Positions 47,660 to 56,589 of a DNA stretch of 64,000 nt are shown here, in pieces. The DNA lies in the NCBI GenBank assembly GCA_965207885.1, contig OZ242311.1, positions 3,712,001-3,776,000 of the forward strand, read 5' to 3'. Below the pieces are notes generated by a model. That model had not been told where the DNA came from. It did no database searches and saw only the letters and a program-made list of their open reading frames with translations. How positions within the stretch are numbered: the first letter of the stretch is position 1; each line of letters begins with the position of its first letter. Source of the stretch: Candidatus Latescibacterota bacterium (lineage in GTDB: Bacteria; Latescibacterota; UBA2968). Position numbers and translations under genes: made by a program.

Positions 47660-48078
47660 TGTTCAACCGTTTTGAGCACAGTTATCCCCATCATCGCAAA
47701 ATGATCGTCAAAAGCATAGGTCTCAGAAATTTTATGCTTCTGACAAACCGCGAAACTGGTGCAATCTGTAAATGATAACTTTGCAGAATCGTATTGCCGA
47801 AAAAGCCGCTTGGCTTCTTGAAACAGGGTCTTATCGATTTCTGTGACGGTTAAACCATCTATTTTTTCTGCGCGTTCAATAAAGTCGAGAAACTGCACCG
47901 CTACTGAGTGGCTCACGTCATATCGAAGTCGGGTTATAGTTTCATCAAGCACATAATCCGTCGTTAAAAATCGCGCTCTTTGCCGTTTTAAGTCTGCGTA
48001 AATCGTTACAGCGTCGGTGTGATTCTGATCTCTTTGACTGGAAAGGGCAATCCAGGCACCGCTATCGACAAAAATCAT
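47656..48078 (-). CDS. vapC: PIN-domain ribonuclease toxin (VapC family)
   Basis: IFVDSGAW, TTDYVLDET, SFTDCTSF, FDDHF acidic tetrad. Confidence 0.92.
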   Translation of the reverse strand: MIFVDSGAWIALSSQRDQNHTDAVTIYADLKRQRARFLTTDYVLDETITRLRYDVSHSVAVQFLDFIERAEKIDGLTVTEIDKTLFQEAKRLFRQYDSAKLSFTDCTSFAVCQKHKISETYAFDDHFAMMGITVLKTVEQ

Positions 48079-49862
48079 GGTTTTGACCGCAATTCATAGA
48101 TGATTTCATCGTGATTGGCAGACCCATCAGTTCGGTCAGATTTTGCAAATCCAACCATCTCATCGAGAATCGCGTATCCTTCTTCTATTTTATTTTTTTC
48201 TATGATTTCAGGATTAATTGGGCTACTTCGCACAAGAAAGATAAAGTAATCCAGAACATCTAATGCCTGCCAGATAATCCCGGTAAACACATCGCGCAAA
48301 TGCTGACTTTCAACACCGAAGTCCTTAGCAATTTTTCGATAGTTGCGACCTTTGCGATGTGCGGCACTACTGGAACGCAAACTCTGGAGTTTCCGCAAAA
48401 AGGCGATGCGCTCGGCAGCATCTTCAACATCATGGGCACTAAGCACAGCTTCCAGACGTGCAATGCTACCTTTAAGTTTTGCTTTTTGATCTTTAGAAAT
48501 GAGCGTTTTTAGGCGCCTCTCGTTTAGGGAATCAATGAGTATCTTTGTGAGACTCAAAACCAACGCATCAAAATCGCTTTGCTCATCAGTGGCTGGAATC
48601 CTCAAGCCTTGGAAATGGTATTCGTCACCAGTGCCCAGCGGCAACAACAACTGCCAACCCAGATATTCTTGACAGGCATCTTGCAACTCATGATAACGTT
48701 TCTTAAACAAGTGCTCTGGCCGGTCTGATTCCGTAGCCTCTCCTTTGATTCCACAATTAAAAAAAGCCTCGCTCACACCGCCTTTGGGAGGGATATTGTG
48801 TGCCCGCCAATGTAGTTGCTCTTTGTAAGGCAATCTTTCTCCAAGATGTCCTAAAAACGCACAAACTTTGTCATCATGGTCTTTGTCAATCCACATGTGC
48901 CATAAGCTACCACAGCGCAGACTCCAAGCATCTACTTCGTACTTACTGGGCTGTTGGTAGTATTTGTCTAAAACCTGTTTGTCAAAATGCACAGGGGTTA
49001 GAAAATGAGGCGCATTAGGATTTGCACCAAAATAATTTGCCAGAACATCCGGGTCAGATGTATGGATAATTTCATCTCCGTTCTCATCAACATCAATGAT
49101 AAATTCCACATGCTTTTTTTGGGGTTCCTCGGCAAATCCCCATAACCCACTCTTGGATTTCGGTAGGGGATTAATAAGCCGCTTTCCATCTAATCTGCTA
49201 AAAGATTTATATCTACCTAAACTCCTATCACCATAGCCATGGCACCAACGCATAAAACTATTCTGTTGATGTGCTTCTCCCCTTTCAAGTCCAAGTTCTT
49301 GTAGATCATATTCCGAGTTTTCTATGCAATCAAATTGAATTGATAAATACATCTCTTTAATTGCCAAGAACTGACGAATCTCCCTGAGCCTTATCTTGAC
49401 GCAGTCTGGCTCCACAACCGCCACAGTGTATTCATTCCCGTCATCATCAATCTTGATGTATTTATCCGTCTTTCCGTCGTGATATAGATTGTGAAAAAGG
49501 CGAAACTCCTCAGATATTTCCATATAGGCATCATATAAACCAGAGAATTCGCGCCCCAAAACCAAAGGTTCCACTCTATTTGTTGTATCTCCATACCGGA
49601 GATATTCGACTCTCTCTTCTCCGCCTTCATAAGACACAGATGCATCAGGCATACCACCACCCCAACGGAGGTCCCAACTCGGAGAAGAAAATACTTGATC
49701 AATCCCATCCAATGGAATTAAAGCACAATAAATGCCGTAATTGTGGGACTCTCGGTGATCAGATAGATACACGGTGACCATCTCAGTCATTTTTAGATCG
49801 CGTTGCAACCATTCCAGCATCCTGGTTTGCGATAGCCGTTCTCGGTCTAAATCAATGCTCAT
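48075..49862 (-). CDS. Uncharacterised ~595-aa protein with a C-terminal HEPN-like motif and VapB-like tail
   Basis: ATG 49862 six nt after AGGAGG; LQSLRSSSAAHRKG in a helical domain; tail LDEMVGFAKSDRTDGSANHDEIIYE; ATGA overlap with the PIN gene. Confidence 0.75.
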   Translation of the reverse strand: MSIDLDRERLSQTRMLEWLQRDLKMTEMVTVYLSDHRESHNYGIYCALIPLDGIDQVFSSPSWDLRWGGGMPDASVSYEGGEERVEYLRYGDTTNRVEPLVLGREFSGLYDAYMEISEEFRLFHNLYHDGKTDKYIKIDDDGNEYTVAVVEPDCVKIRLREIRQFLAIKEMYLSIQFDCIENSEYDLQELGLERGEAHQQNSFMRWCHGYGDRSLGRYKSFSRLDGKRLINPLPKSKSGLWGFAEEPQKKHVEFIIDVDENGDEIIHTSDPDVLANYFGANPNAPHFLTPVHFDKQVLDKYYQQPSKYEVDAWSLRCGSLWHMWIDKDHDDKVCAFLGHLGERLPYKEQLHWRAHNIPPKGGVSEAFFNCGIKGEATESDRPEHLFKKRYHELQDACQEYLGWQLLLPLGTGDEYHFQGLRIPATDEQSDFDALVLSLTKILIDSLNERRLKTLISKDQKAKLKGSIARLEAVLSAHDVEDAAERIAFLRKLQSLRSSSAAHRKGRNYRKIAKDFGVESQHLRDVFTGIIWQALDVLDYFIFLVRSSPINPEIIEKNKIEEGYAILDEMVGFAKSDRTDGSANHDEIIYELRSKP

Positions 49863-49903
49863 CACCATCCTCCTTCTGCTATTTTGATTCCTGATCAAAC
49901 AAA

Positions 49904-49931
49904 TGTATAGCACAAAAACCACGTTTGTCAA
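49904..49931 (-). promoter_or_regulatory. Sigma-70 promoter of the islet
   Basis: TTGACA-N16-TATACA with extended -10 TGn. Confidence 0.6.
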
Positions 49932-49932
49932 C

Positions 49933-50796
49933 TTAATCCCCTGATCTAATTCTCTCTCTCACCTCATAAGCCCCTGCATCATCTCGTCTCAATCGTCCCC
50001 AGGCAACATCCGGATCGTGCGGCCACACCATAATCCAGTTCTCGGAAACTGCCCTCTCCATAAACTCTTGCTTAACCAGATAGGTCTGCCGCGGATACAG
50101 ATCATACGCCATCACATAAATCGGCTTCAGGTGATGCGTCGTGGGAATCAAATCCCCCACAAAACAGAACGTATCCTCGCCCGTATGCACCAGCACAGAT
50201 TGATGCCTGCGTGTATGCCCTGGCGTAACTATGACCTCGACAAAAGAACAAATACGCTCATCCCCATCCAGCAGCGTGAGCACAGGTGACAACGGCCTCA
50301 TCACCTCGTCGTATCGGTACCCATTCACCGTCTGTCTATCGGCATTCTCAGCATCGTCCCATTCCCCCTTTTGCACATAATAAGTCGCATTTGGAAAAGC
50401 GGGCACATATTCACCACCCTTTTGCACCGTACATCCCCCGGCATGATCCTGGTGCAAATGCGACAAGACAACCCGCGTAATCTCCTCGGGCGCAATCCGC
50501 AACGCCTCCAGAGACGCCAAAAGCCCATCCGACTCATCAAGCGCGTAAATCTCTCGCAGCTTCTCCGTCACCTTGCCTCCAAACCCCGTCTCAATCAGCA
50601 CAACCTCCCCCTGCCCTCTCACAAGCAAACAATTCATCGTCAACCCAATGCGATTGCGCTCATCGGGCGGATAACACTTCTCCCACAGCGGACGGGGTAC
50701 AACCCCAAACATCGCGCCGCCATCCATCCTCACACACCCGGCAGATAAAATCCACACATCGCAACCACCACTTTGCTTATAATCTACAATCGCCAT
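49933..50796 (-). CDS. MBL-fold metallo-hydrolase (YtnP-like)
   Basis: DGGAMFGVVP, SHLHQDHAGG, TPGHT..HQ, GDLIP, YDLYP, HDP. Confidence 0.9.
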   Translation of the reverse strand: MAIVDYKQSGGCDVWILSAGCVRMDGGAMFGVVPRPLWEKCYPPDERNRIGLTMNCLLVRGQGEVVLIETGFGGKVTEKLREIYALDESDGLLASLEALRIAPEEITRVVLSHLHQDHAGGCTVQKGGEYVPAFPNATYYVQKGEWDDAENADRQTVNGYRYDEVMRPLSPVLTLLDGDERICSFVEVIVTPGHTRRHQSVLVHTGEDTFCFVGDLIPTTHHLKPIYVMAYDLYPRQTYLVKQEFMERAVSENWIMVWPHDPDVAWGRLRRDDAGAYEVRERIRSGD

Positions 50797-50880
50797 TTTT
50801 TACCTCCAACTTTGCACTTCGCACTTAACCCTATATATCTTATCTTATCTCTATACAAAACCAAAAAAACGGGAGGAAAC

Positions 50881-51648
50881 ATGCCAGCAGCACTCGTCAC
50901 CGGATCCAGCAGAGGTATAGGCAGAGGCATTGCGTTCTGCCTTGCCGACGCGGGCTACGACATCCTCGTCAACTACGCGGGCAATCTAACCGCAGCAGAA
51001 GAAACCGCAACAGGCGTTCAAGAACGCGGACAAAACGCCCATATATGTCAGGGCGACATAACCCGCATAGAAGATGGCAAACGCCTCGTAGATACCACAC
51101 TCGACGCCTTTGGCCGCCTCGACATGCTCGTCAACAACGCCGGCATTGCCCCCCGCGTGCGCGCCGACATACTCGAAGCCACGCCAGAAAGCTATGAAGA
51201 CGTCATGAACACCAACCTCAAAGGACCCTACTTTTTAACCCAATACGCGGCAAATCACATGATCGCACTCAAACAACAGGGAAAAATACAAACACCGCGC
51301 ATCGTCGTCATCACCTCCATATCGGCCTACACCTCTTCAACAGCGCGCGGCGAATACTGCGTCTCAAAAGCAGGCCTGAGCATGATGACGCGCCTATTTG
51401 CCGACCGGCTCGCAGAACACGGCATCCCCGTCAATGAAATCCAGCCGGGCATCATCCAGACCGACATGACAGGCCCCGTAAAAGAAAAATACGACCACCT
51501 GATCGCGGATGGACTAACCCCCATCCGCAGGTGGGGACAACCCGAAGACATCGGCAAAGCAGTAGCCGCCATTGGACTCGGCTATTTCGACTTCACAACC
51601 GGCGCGGCAATCCCGGTTGACGGCGGATTCCACATGCATCGGCTCTGA
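50881..51648 (+). CDS. Short-chain dehydrogenase/reductase (FabG-like)
   Basis: ATG 50881 after GGAGG; TGSSRGIG, NNAG, YCVSK, VDGG. Confidence 0.92.
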   Translation: MPAALVTGSSRGIGRGIAFCLADAGYDILVNYAGNLTAAEETATGVQERGQNAHICQGDITRIEDGKRLVDTTLDAFGRLDMLVNNAGIAPRVRADILEATPESYEDVMNTNLKGPYFLTQYAANHMIALKQQGKIQTPRIVVITSISAYTSSTARGEYCVSKAGLSMMTRLFADRLAEHGIPVNEIQPGIIQTDMTGPVKEKYDHLIADGLTPIRRWGQPEDIGKAVAAIGLGYFDFTTGAAIPVDGGFHMHRL

Positions 51649-51701
51649 TTTGGTAGCCAGCACACGGCCTCATTTAGCCTTTGATTTCCTGGGGTACGAG
51701 G

Positions 51702-51730
51702 TTGACATATTTGCCCTTATATCCTACCTT
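51702..51730 (+). promoter_or_regulatory. Putative sigma-70 promoter
   Basis: TTGACA-N17-TACCTT upstream of 51780. Confidence 0.6.
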
Positions 51731-51779
51731 ATAAGTAAGCATAAAATATCGTATTCGACGCTTTCAAGTGAGGACCCAA

Positions 51780-52559
51780 ATGCTGAAACGCTTTTTTAGT
51801 AAAAATGACGAAGAACCAGACAATGGTACAAGCAAAGAAAGACAAATCCACATCGAAGGGCAAGACGAGCACGTTCAGGAAGCCATGGACCTCCTCGCAC
51901 AAGAGGATCAAGATGAACTCGACGAAGCCCTTGACGAAGTTAATGAAACCGTAAGAGAAGCCGCCAGAGCCTCCCTGCGCGACCTGAGACTCATGCAAGA
52001 GGGCCACTGTCCCTCCTGTGGCCACAAAACACTGCGGCAATTTCTCTTTACAACTGTGTGTTCCAGTTGCGGTTGGTTTTCATTTATCTCGCCCGAAGAA
52101 GGCAAATCTCACATCCACCTGCAAAGTGGGCGCACCATTGAATGCGGCACCACATTTGACACCAAAGGCGACTTTGTACTCGGCATCACAAGTGGTGTGG
52201 TTCGCGCCAAAGTGCCCAAGGAAAATGTCGAATACATCGAATTTTCCTGGACCGACGAAGAAGTTCGGCGCAAACGCGAATCCCGCGCAAAAGAGGAAAC
52301 GGGAATATGCAGCTGGTGCGAAAAATCCCTCGCAGATGATAGTGATGATAATATCATTGTCTATGCGGCTTTTGGCTCCACTCAGGAACGCTATGTCTTC
52401 TGTTCGACAAAATGCAACGAAGCCTTCCAAAAACAATACCCCATTCGCATTCACAAAAATTGCTATGAACGCTCCTGCCTCGATTGCGACCTGTGCAACA
52501 AACGTTACCTGGGCGAAGACGAGACCTTCCTCAAATTGCTCGAACAAGGGAAAGTGTGA
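51780..52559 (+). CDS. Cys-rich multi-zinc-finger protein of unknown function
   Basis: Acidic helical N-terminus; CPSC..CSSC, CSWC..FCSTKC, HKNC..C..C..C. Confidence 0.75.
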   Translation: MLKRFFSKNDEEPDNGTSKERQIHIEGQDEHVQEAMDLLAQEDQDELDEALDEVNETVREAARASLRDLRLMQEGHCPSCGHKTLRQFLFTTVCSSCGWFSFISPEEGKSHIHLQSGRTIECGTTFDTKGDFVLGITSGVVRAKVPKENVEYIEFSWTDEEVRRKRESRAKEETGICSWCEKSLADDSDDNIIVYAAFGSTQERYVFCSTKCNEAFQKQYPIRIHKNCYERSCLDCDLCNKRYLGEDETFLKLLEQGKV

Positions 52560-52590
52560 GAAGGCGGTCACCCCGCCCAACCCAAAAATC

Positions 52591-52628
52591 AATCCCCCAT
52601 CGCAATGATACGCGATGGGGGATTTTTT
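52591..52628. terminator. Intrinsic terminator between convergent genes
   Basis: AATCCCCCATCGC-N8-GCGATGGGGGATT followed by a T-tract. Confidence 0.85.
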
Positions 52629-52647
52629 GTCGGTCTATCAGATGTGT

Positions 52648-54612
52648 TTATCGCTTTTTATCTGTAGTTTGTAATTGCTTCACGCCCTTTTCTACATCTT
52701 CCATCGCCGACATAATCCCATCAATAAATTCATCTGCCGCATCTTCTTTCTGCTTTTGCTGCTGTTCGTAGAGCAAGCGATAGACCTCGCACTCTTCCAG
52801 CAAATCGTCGTGGAAACCCCAGCCCGCCATGCGACCATTATCCAGCACCAGAATGCGATCTGCTCGCATCGCCGTAGAAATCCGGTGGGTAATCACAAAA
52901 GTAGTACGCCCCTCCATCAAATGGTCCAGCGTCTCTTGAATCTTCGCCTCTGTCTTTGCGTCCAGCGCAGAGGTCGTATCGTCCAAAATCAGAATACTGG
53001 GATCGGTGACAACAGCCATCGCAAAAGCCAGACGCTGTTTTTGACCGCCCGATAAATTGGTACCGCGCTCCTCGACCGGCGCTTCGTATTTCTCTGGCAG
53101 CGTCATAATAAAATCGTGCAACTCCGCCGCCTTAGCCGCAGCCATCACCTGCTCGGGCGTGGTATAGGGCTGACCGTAGCGAATATTATCGGCAATTGTC
53201 CCGGAAAAAAGAACGGGTTCCTGGGGCACCATACTGATATGCTGTCGCAGTGAAGAAATTTTGACATCTTGTATATCGTAATCGTCCAGAATAATTCTCC
53301 CCTCTGTGGGTTCATAAAGACGCATCAACAAACTCACCAGCGTACTCTTCCCCGAACCCGAAGGCCCAACCACGGCCACCGAAGTGCCTGGCCGCACGAC
53401 AAACTTGAGATCTCGAAGAACGTAATCACCAGCATCTGTATAGCGAAACGACACATTGCGAAACGACACGCGTCCGCGTACTTTGTCGAGGGTCTTCGCA
53501 TCTTCCCTATCCCGAATAATCACCTCTTCATCCAGCACCTCAAACACGCGACTGATCACCACCAGCATCTGTTGCAACGTAGCATTCACATTGGCAAGAG
53601 CAACCAGTGGCGAAAAAAGATTCCCCATCGACATAGAAAAATAAACCAATTCTCCAACCGTCATCATACCGCCGCGAACCTGCAACGCGCCAAAATAAAA
53701 GATCAGACCCATTGCAACCCCCCCCACAACCGAACAGACTGACCCCAGACCAGAACTCAAAACAGACTGCTTGACGCCCAACCGATACAACCCGATCAGA
53801 CGCCTGAAAAAGTCCCGAAACTCCCGTCTTTCTCGCGCATAAGACAGGATGAGGCGAATCCCCTTTGAGCGTTCTTCCAACAGCGCAGAAACCTCGGCAT
53901 AATCCTCTCGAAACCGCATAAAAACATTCGCTATCGGACGCTGAAACACCTTATAGGTCACGACGTACGCGGGCAATGCAACAAAAGCCATCAGCGCGAG
54001 CTTGACATCAATCGTAAACAGAATCGCCGTACCCATCAAAATGCGCGCAACATGCCGCAGCGTCTCTACAAAAGTCGTCGTAATTTCGCTCTGCAACAAC
54101 CCCACATCATCCAAAATGCGCGCCATAATCCGCCCGGTTTGCTGGCGATCAAAAAACGTCATCTGCAACTGCTGCACTTTCTCGTGCAGCGCAAGGCGAA
54201 TGCGGAAAACAATCCGCTGCCCCACATAGGCGATGCTATACGTATAAAACCAGTTGAGCGTGGCAAAAAACGATCTCACGACCAGGTAGAGAATGAAAAT
54301 CCACCCCAACCATTCCAGTTTTTCCGTGCGCGTTTTGGGCAGCATTATCCCGCCTTCTTTGCCCAGCCCCGGAATCGTCGCCTGCGGATCTCGCTTTGGG
54401 CGCCTCTCCTCCTGAATCAAAGACTGCATGTGGGCTTCTGAAACGACCTCACCCGCGGGCTTAAGTTGCAAGACCTCGTCAACTGTAATTTTTGAAATAA
54501 ACCCGAGCAAAAACGTATAGGACGACGTAATAGTAGCCATCGCAATGACCATTAACAGGCGTCCCCAATACGGCTTGATATACAAAATGGTAAATCGCTT
54601 TAAGTTTTCCAT
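52648..54612 (-). CDS. ABC exporter TMD+NBD (heterodimer subunit with degenerate site)
   Basis: GPSGSGKST, LSGGQKQR, LDDTTSALD (D in place of the catalytic E). Confidence 0.92.
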   Translation of the reverse strand: MENLKRFTILYIKPYWGRLLMVIAMATITSSYTFLLGFISKITVDEVLQLKPAGEVVSEAHMQSLIQEERRPKRDPQATIPGLGKEGGIMLPKTRTEKLEWLGWIFILYLVVRSFFATLNWFYTYSIAYVGQRIVFRIRLALHEKVQQLQMTFFDRQQTGRIMARILDDVGLLQSEITTTFVETLRHVARILMGTAILFTIDVKLALMAFVALPAYVVTYKVFQRPIANVFMRFREDYAEVSALLEERSKGIRLILSYARERREFRDFFRRLIGLYRLGVKQSVLSSGLGSVCSVVGGVAMGLIFYFGALQVRGGMMTVGELVYFSMSMGNLFSPLVALANVNATLQQMLVVISRVFEVLDEEVIIRDREDAKTLDKVRGRVSFRNVSFRYTDAGDYVLRDLKFVVRPGTSVAVVGPSGSGKSTLVSLLMRLYEPTEGRIILDDYDIQDVKISSLRQHISMVPQEPVLFSGTIADNIRYGQPYTTPEQVMAAAKAAELHDFIMTLPEKYEAPVEERGTNLSGGQKQRLAFAMAVVTDPSILILDDTTSALDAKTEAKIQETLDHLMEGRTTFVITHRISTAMRADRILVLDNGRMAGWGFHDDLLEECEVYRLLYEQQQKQKEDAADEFIDGIMSAMEDVEKGVKQLQTTDKKR

Positions 54613-54616
54613 AATC

Positions 54617-56392
54617 TCAACTCGCCATAGCCTCTACAGCCTCTTCAATAGACCCCGCAGCCTGCTGCTCGTAAAGCTGGCGATACTTTCCATCGGGTAT
54701 TTGCAACAATTCGCTATGCGTCCCCTGTTCAATAATCTCGCCATGGTCCATCACAACAATAATATCAGCATTGACAATCGTCGATAATCGATGTGCAATG
54801 GCAAAGGACGTCCGCTCCTTTAACACCCTGGTCATCGCCTTTTGTATCAGAGCCTCCGATAGAGAATCGAGTGACGAAGTCGCTTCATCCAGAATTAAAA
54901 CCGACGGATTGGTCAGCACGGCTCTCGCAATGGCGAGGCGCTGTTTTTCTCCCACAGACAGTTTAATCCCATCTTTTCCCAGCATCGAATCGTAACCCTC
55001 GGGCGTACGCATAATAAATTCGTGAATCTCGGCAATACGCGCCGCCTCAATCAACTCGGCATCTGTGGCATCTGCGCGACCGTATAGCAAATTCTCCCGG
55101 ATCGTACCATCGAACATCACCGAATCTTGCAACACCTGGCCGATTTGTGTACGCAGGCTCCTCAACTTCACATCCCTCAAATCGTGGCCATCAATTGTAA
55201 TACGCCCTTCCTTCACATCGTAAAAGCGCATCAACAAACTCGTCAACGTCGTCTTGCCGCATCCCGTATGCCCCACCAGCGCAACCATCTGCCCTGGCTG
55301 TACCTCCAGGTTGATCCCCTTCAAAACCGGCTCATCCTCTTTGTACTCAAAATGCACATTTTCAAATTTAATATGCCCTTTTATCGGCGGCAATTCGACG
55401 GCATCTTCCTTGTCCTTAATCTCTATGGGAAAATCTAATATTTCCAATACGCGATCCACAGACACCATCACGGATTGAAGGCGCATGGCAATTTGCGTGA
55501 GATTGAGAATGGGCTGAAACATCCGGCTCGAATAAGAAAAAAAGGCCATCACAGCCCCATAAGTCATCTCGCCCTCAATCACGTAATAACAGCCCAAACA
55601 AAAAATCACCGTATTGCGCAATCCCGACACCCCCCAGGACCCCGCCATATAGCCAGCGCGATTTGTGGCAGTCTGCATCGCCGCATCCAAACTCTCGTGC
55701 GTATCTTCTGCAAATGAGCGGTGTTCTCTGCGCTCTCGCCCATAAGATTTTACCAGTTGCACCCCGGACAACCGCTCTTGTAGTCCAACCGACACCTGGT
55801 CCATCTTTTTGCGCCAGAGACTGTAAGACTCCCGCATTGGCGTGCGCCACCCGTAATAATTGAAAAAATACAGGGGCATCAGCAAAAGCAGCAGGCACCC
55901 CATCTTCCAATTCAAACCCATGCACAGCGCAAGCGCCACCCAGAACGACACAAAATCAACGAGAATGCCCAGCATGCGCGACGTCACCATACTGCGTACA
56001 CTCGCAATATCAGACATAATGCGCGACATAATTTTGCCCGTACCCATCTCGTCGTAAAAGCGCATGGGCAATTTCAACATGTACTCATACGTGAACCTCC
56101 GCATACTCGTCGTAATCCCCCACCCCACATACGCATTGGTAAATGAGACCCAAACGCGCATCGCAGCGGACGTGATAGGCAGACAAATCGAAATAAACAA
56201 AAGCACTTCCAGCAAATGCCAGTTGCCCATGGTAATGACATCATCGATGATAAACTTCATCACCAGAGGGGGCAGCATGCTCAGTGCCGTCATCGTCGCC
56301 GTCAGGCAAAACAGCAAGATCAGGCGCGATTTGTAAGGCGTGACAAAATGCGCGAGCTTGCGCAGCTTGTCGGTATTGCTCTCATCTGCCAT
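54617..56392 (-). CDS. ABC exporter TMD+NBD (heterodimer partner)
   Basis: GHTGCGKTT, LSVGEKQR, LDEATSSLD, AHRLST. Confidence 0.92.
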   Translation of the reverse strand: MADESNTDKLRKLAHFVTPYKSRLILLFCLTATMTALSMLPPLVMKFIIDDVITMGNWHLLEVLLFISICLPITSAAMRVWVSFTNAYVGWGITTSMRRFTYEYMLKLPMRFYDEMGTGKIMSRIMSDIASVRSMVTSRMLGILVDFVSFWVALALCMGLNWKMGCLLLLLMPLYFFNYYGWRTPMRESYSLWRKKMDQVSVGLQERLSGVQLVKSYGRERREHRSFAEDTHESLDAAMQTATNRAGYMAGSWGVSGLRNTVIFCLGCYYVIEGEMTYGAVMAFFSYSSRMFQPILNLTQIAMRLQSVMVSVDRVLEILDFPIEIKDKEDAVELPPIKGHIKFENVHFEYKEDEPVLKGINLEVQPGQMVALVGHTGCGKTTLTSLLMRFYDVKEGRITIDGHDLRDVKLRSLRTQIGQVLQDSVMFDGTIRENLLYGRADATDAELIEAARIAEIHEFIMRTPEGYDSMLGKDGIKLSVGEKQRLAIARAVLTNPSVLILDEATSSLDSLSEALIQKAMTRVLKERTSFAIAHRLSTIVNADIIVVMDHGEIIEQGTHSELLQIPDGKYRQLYEQQAAGSIEEAVEAMAS

Positions 56393-56589
56393 ATCGATCT
56401 CATCTCAAAAATAAGTTGCAGATTTTTGGATCTCGACGCTTCTTTATTTATACATCTTTGGGCACAAACATAAATAATATTTAAGAACAGATATGGAAAT
56501 ATAAAGATACCTTTTAATTAAATCAAGCCCCTCTCATCCGAATAGACGTGTATCCGGGTTCAGATTTCGCACCTCCTGCATCTTCAGCC

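Larger units (their letters stand above)
47452..49938. mobile_element. Putative horizontally acquired defence/TA islet bounded by CTTAATC direct repeats
   Basis: 7-bp repeats at 47452-47458 and 49932-49938; AT-richer; own promoter; no mobility gene. Confidence 0.5.

Noticed and set aside
49933-50796. Beta-lactamase or proven quorum-quenching lactonase
   Set aside because: HxHxDH shows only the MBL fold; no signal peptide, and the substrate cannot be inferred.
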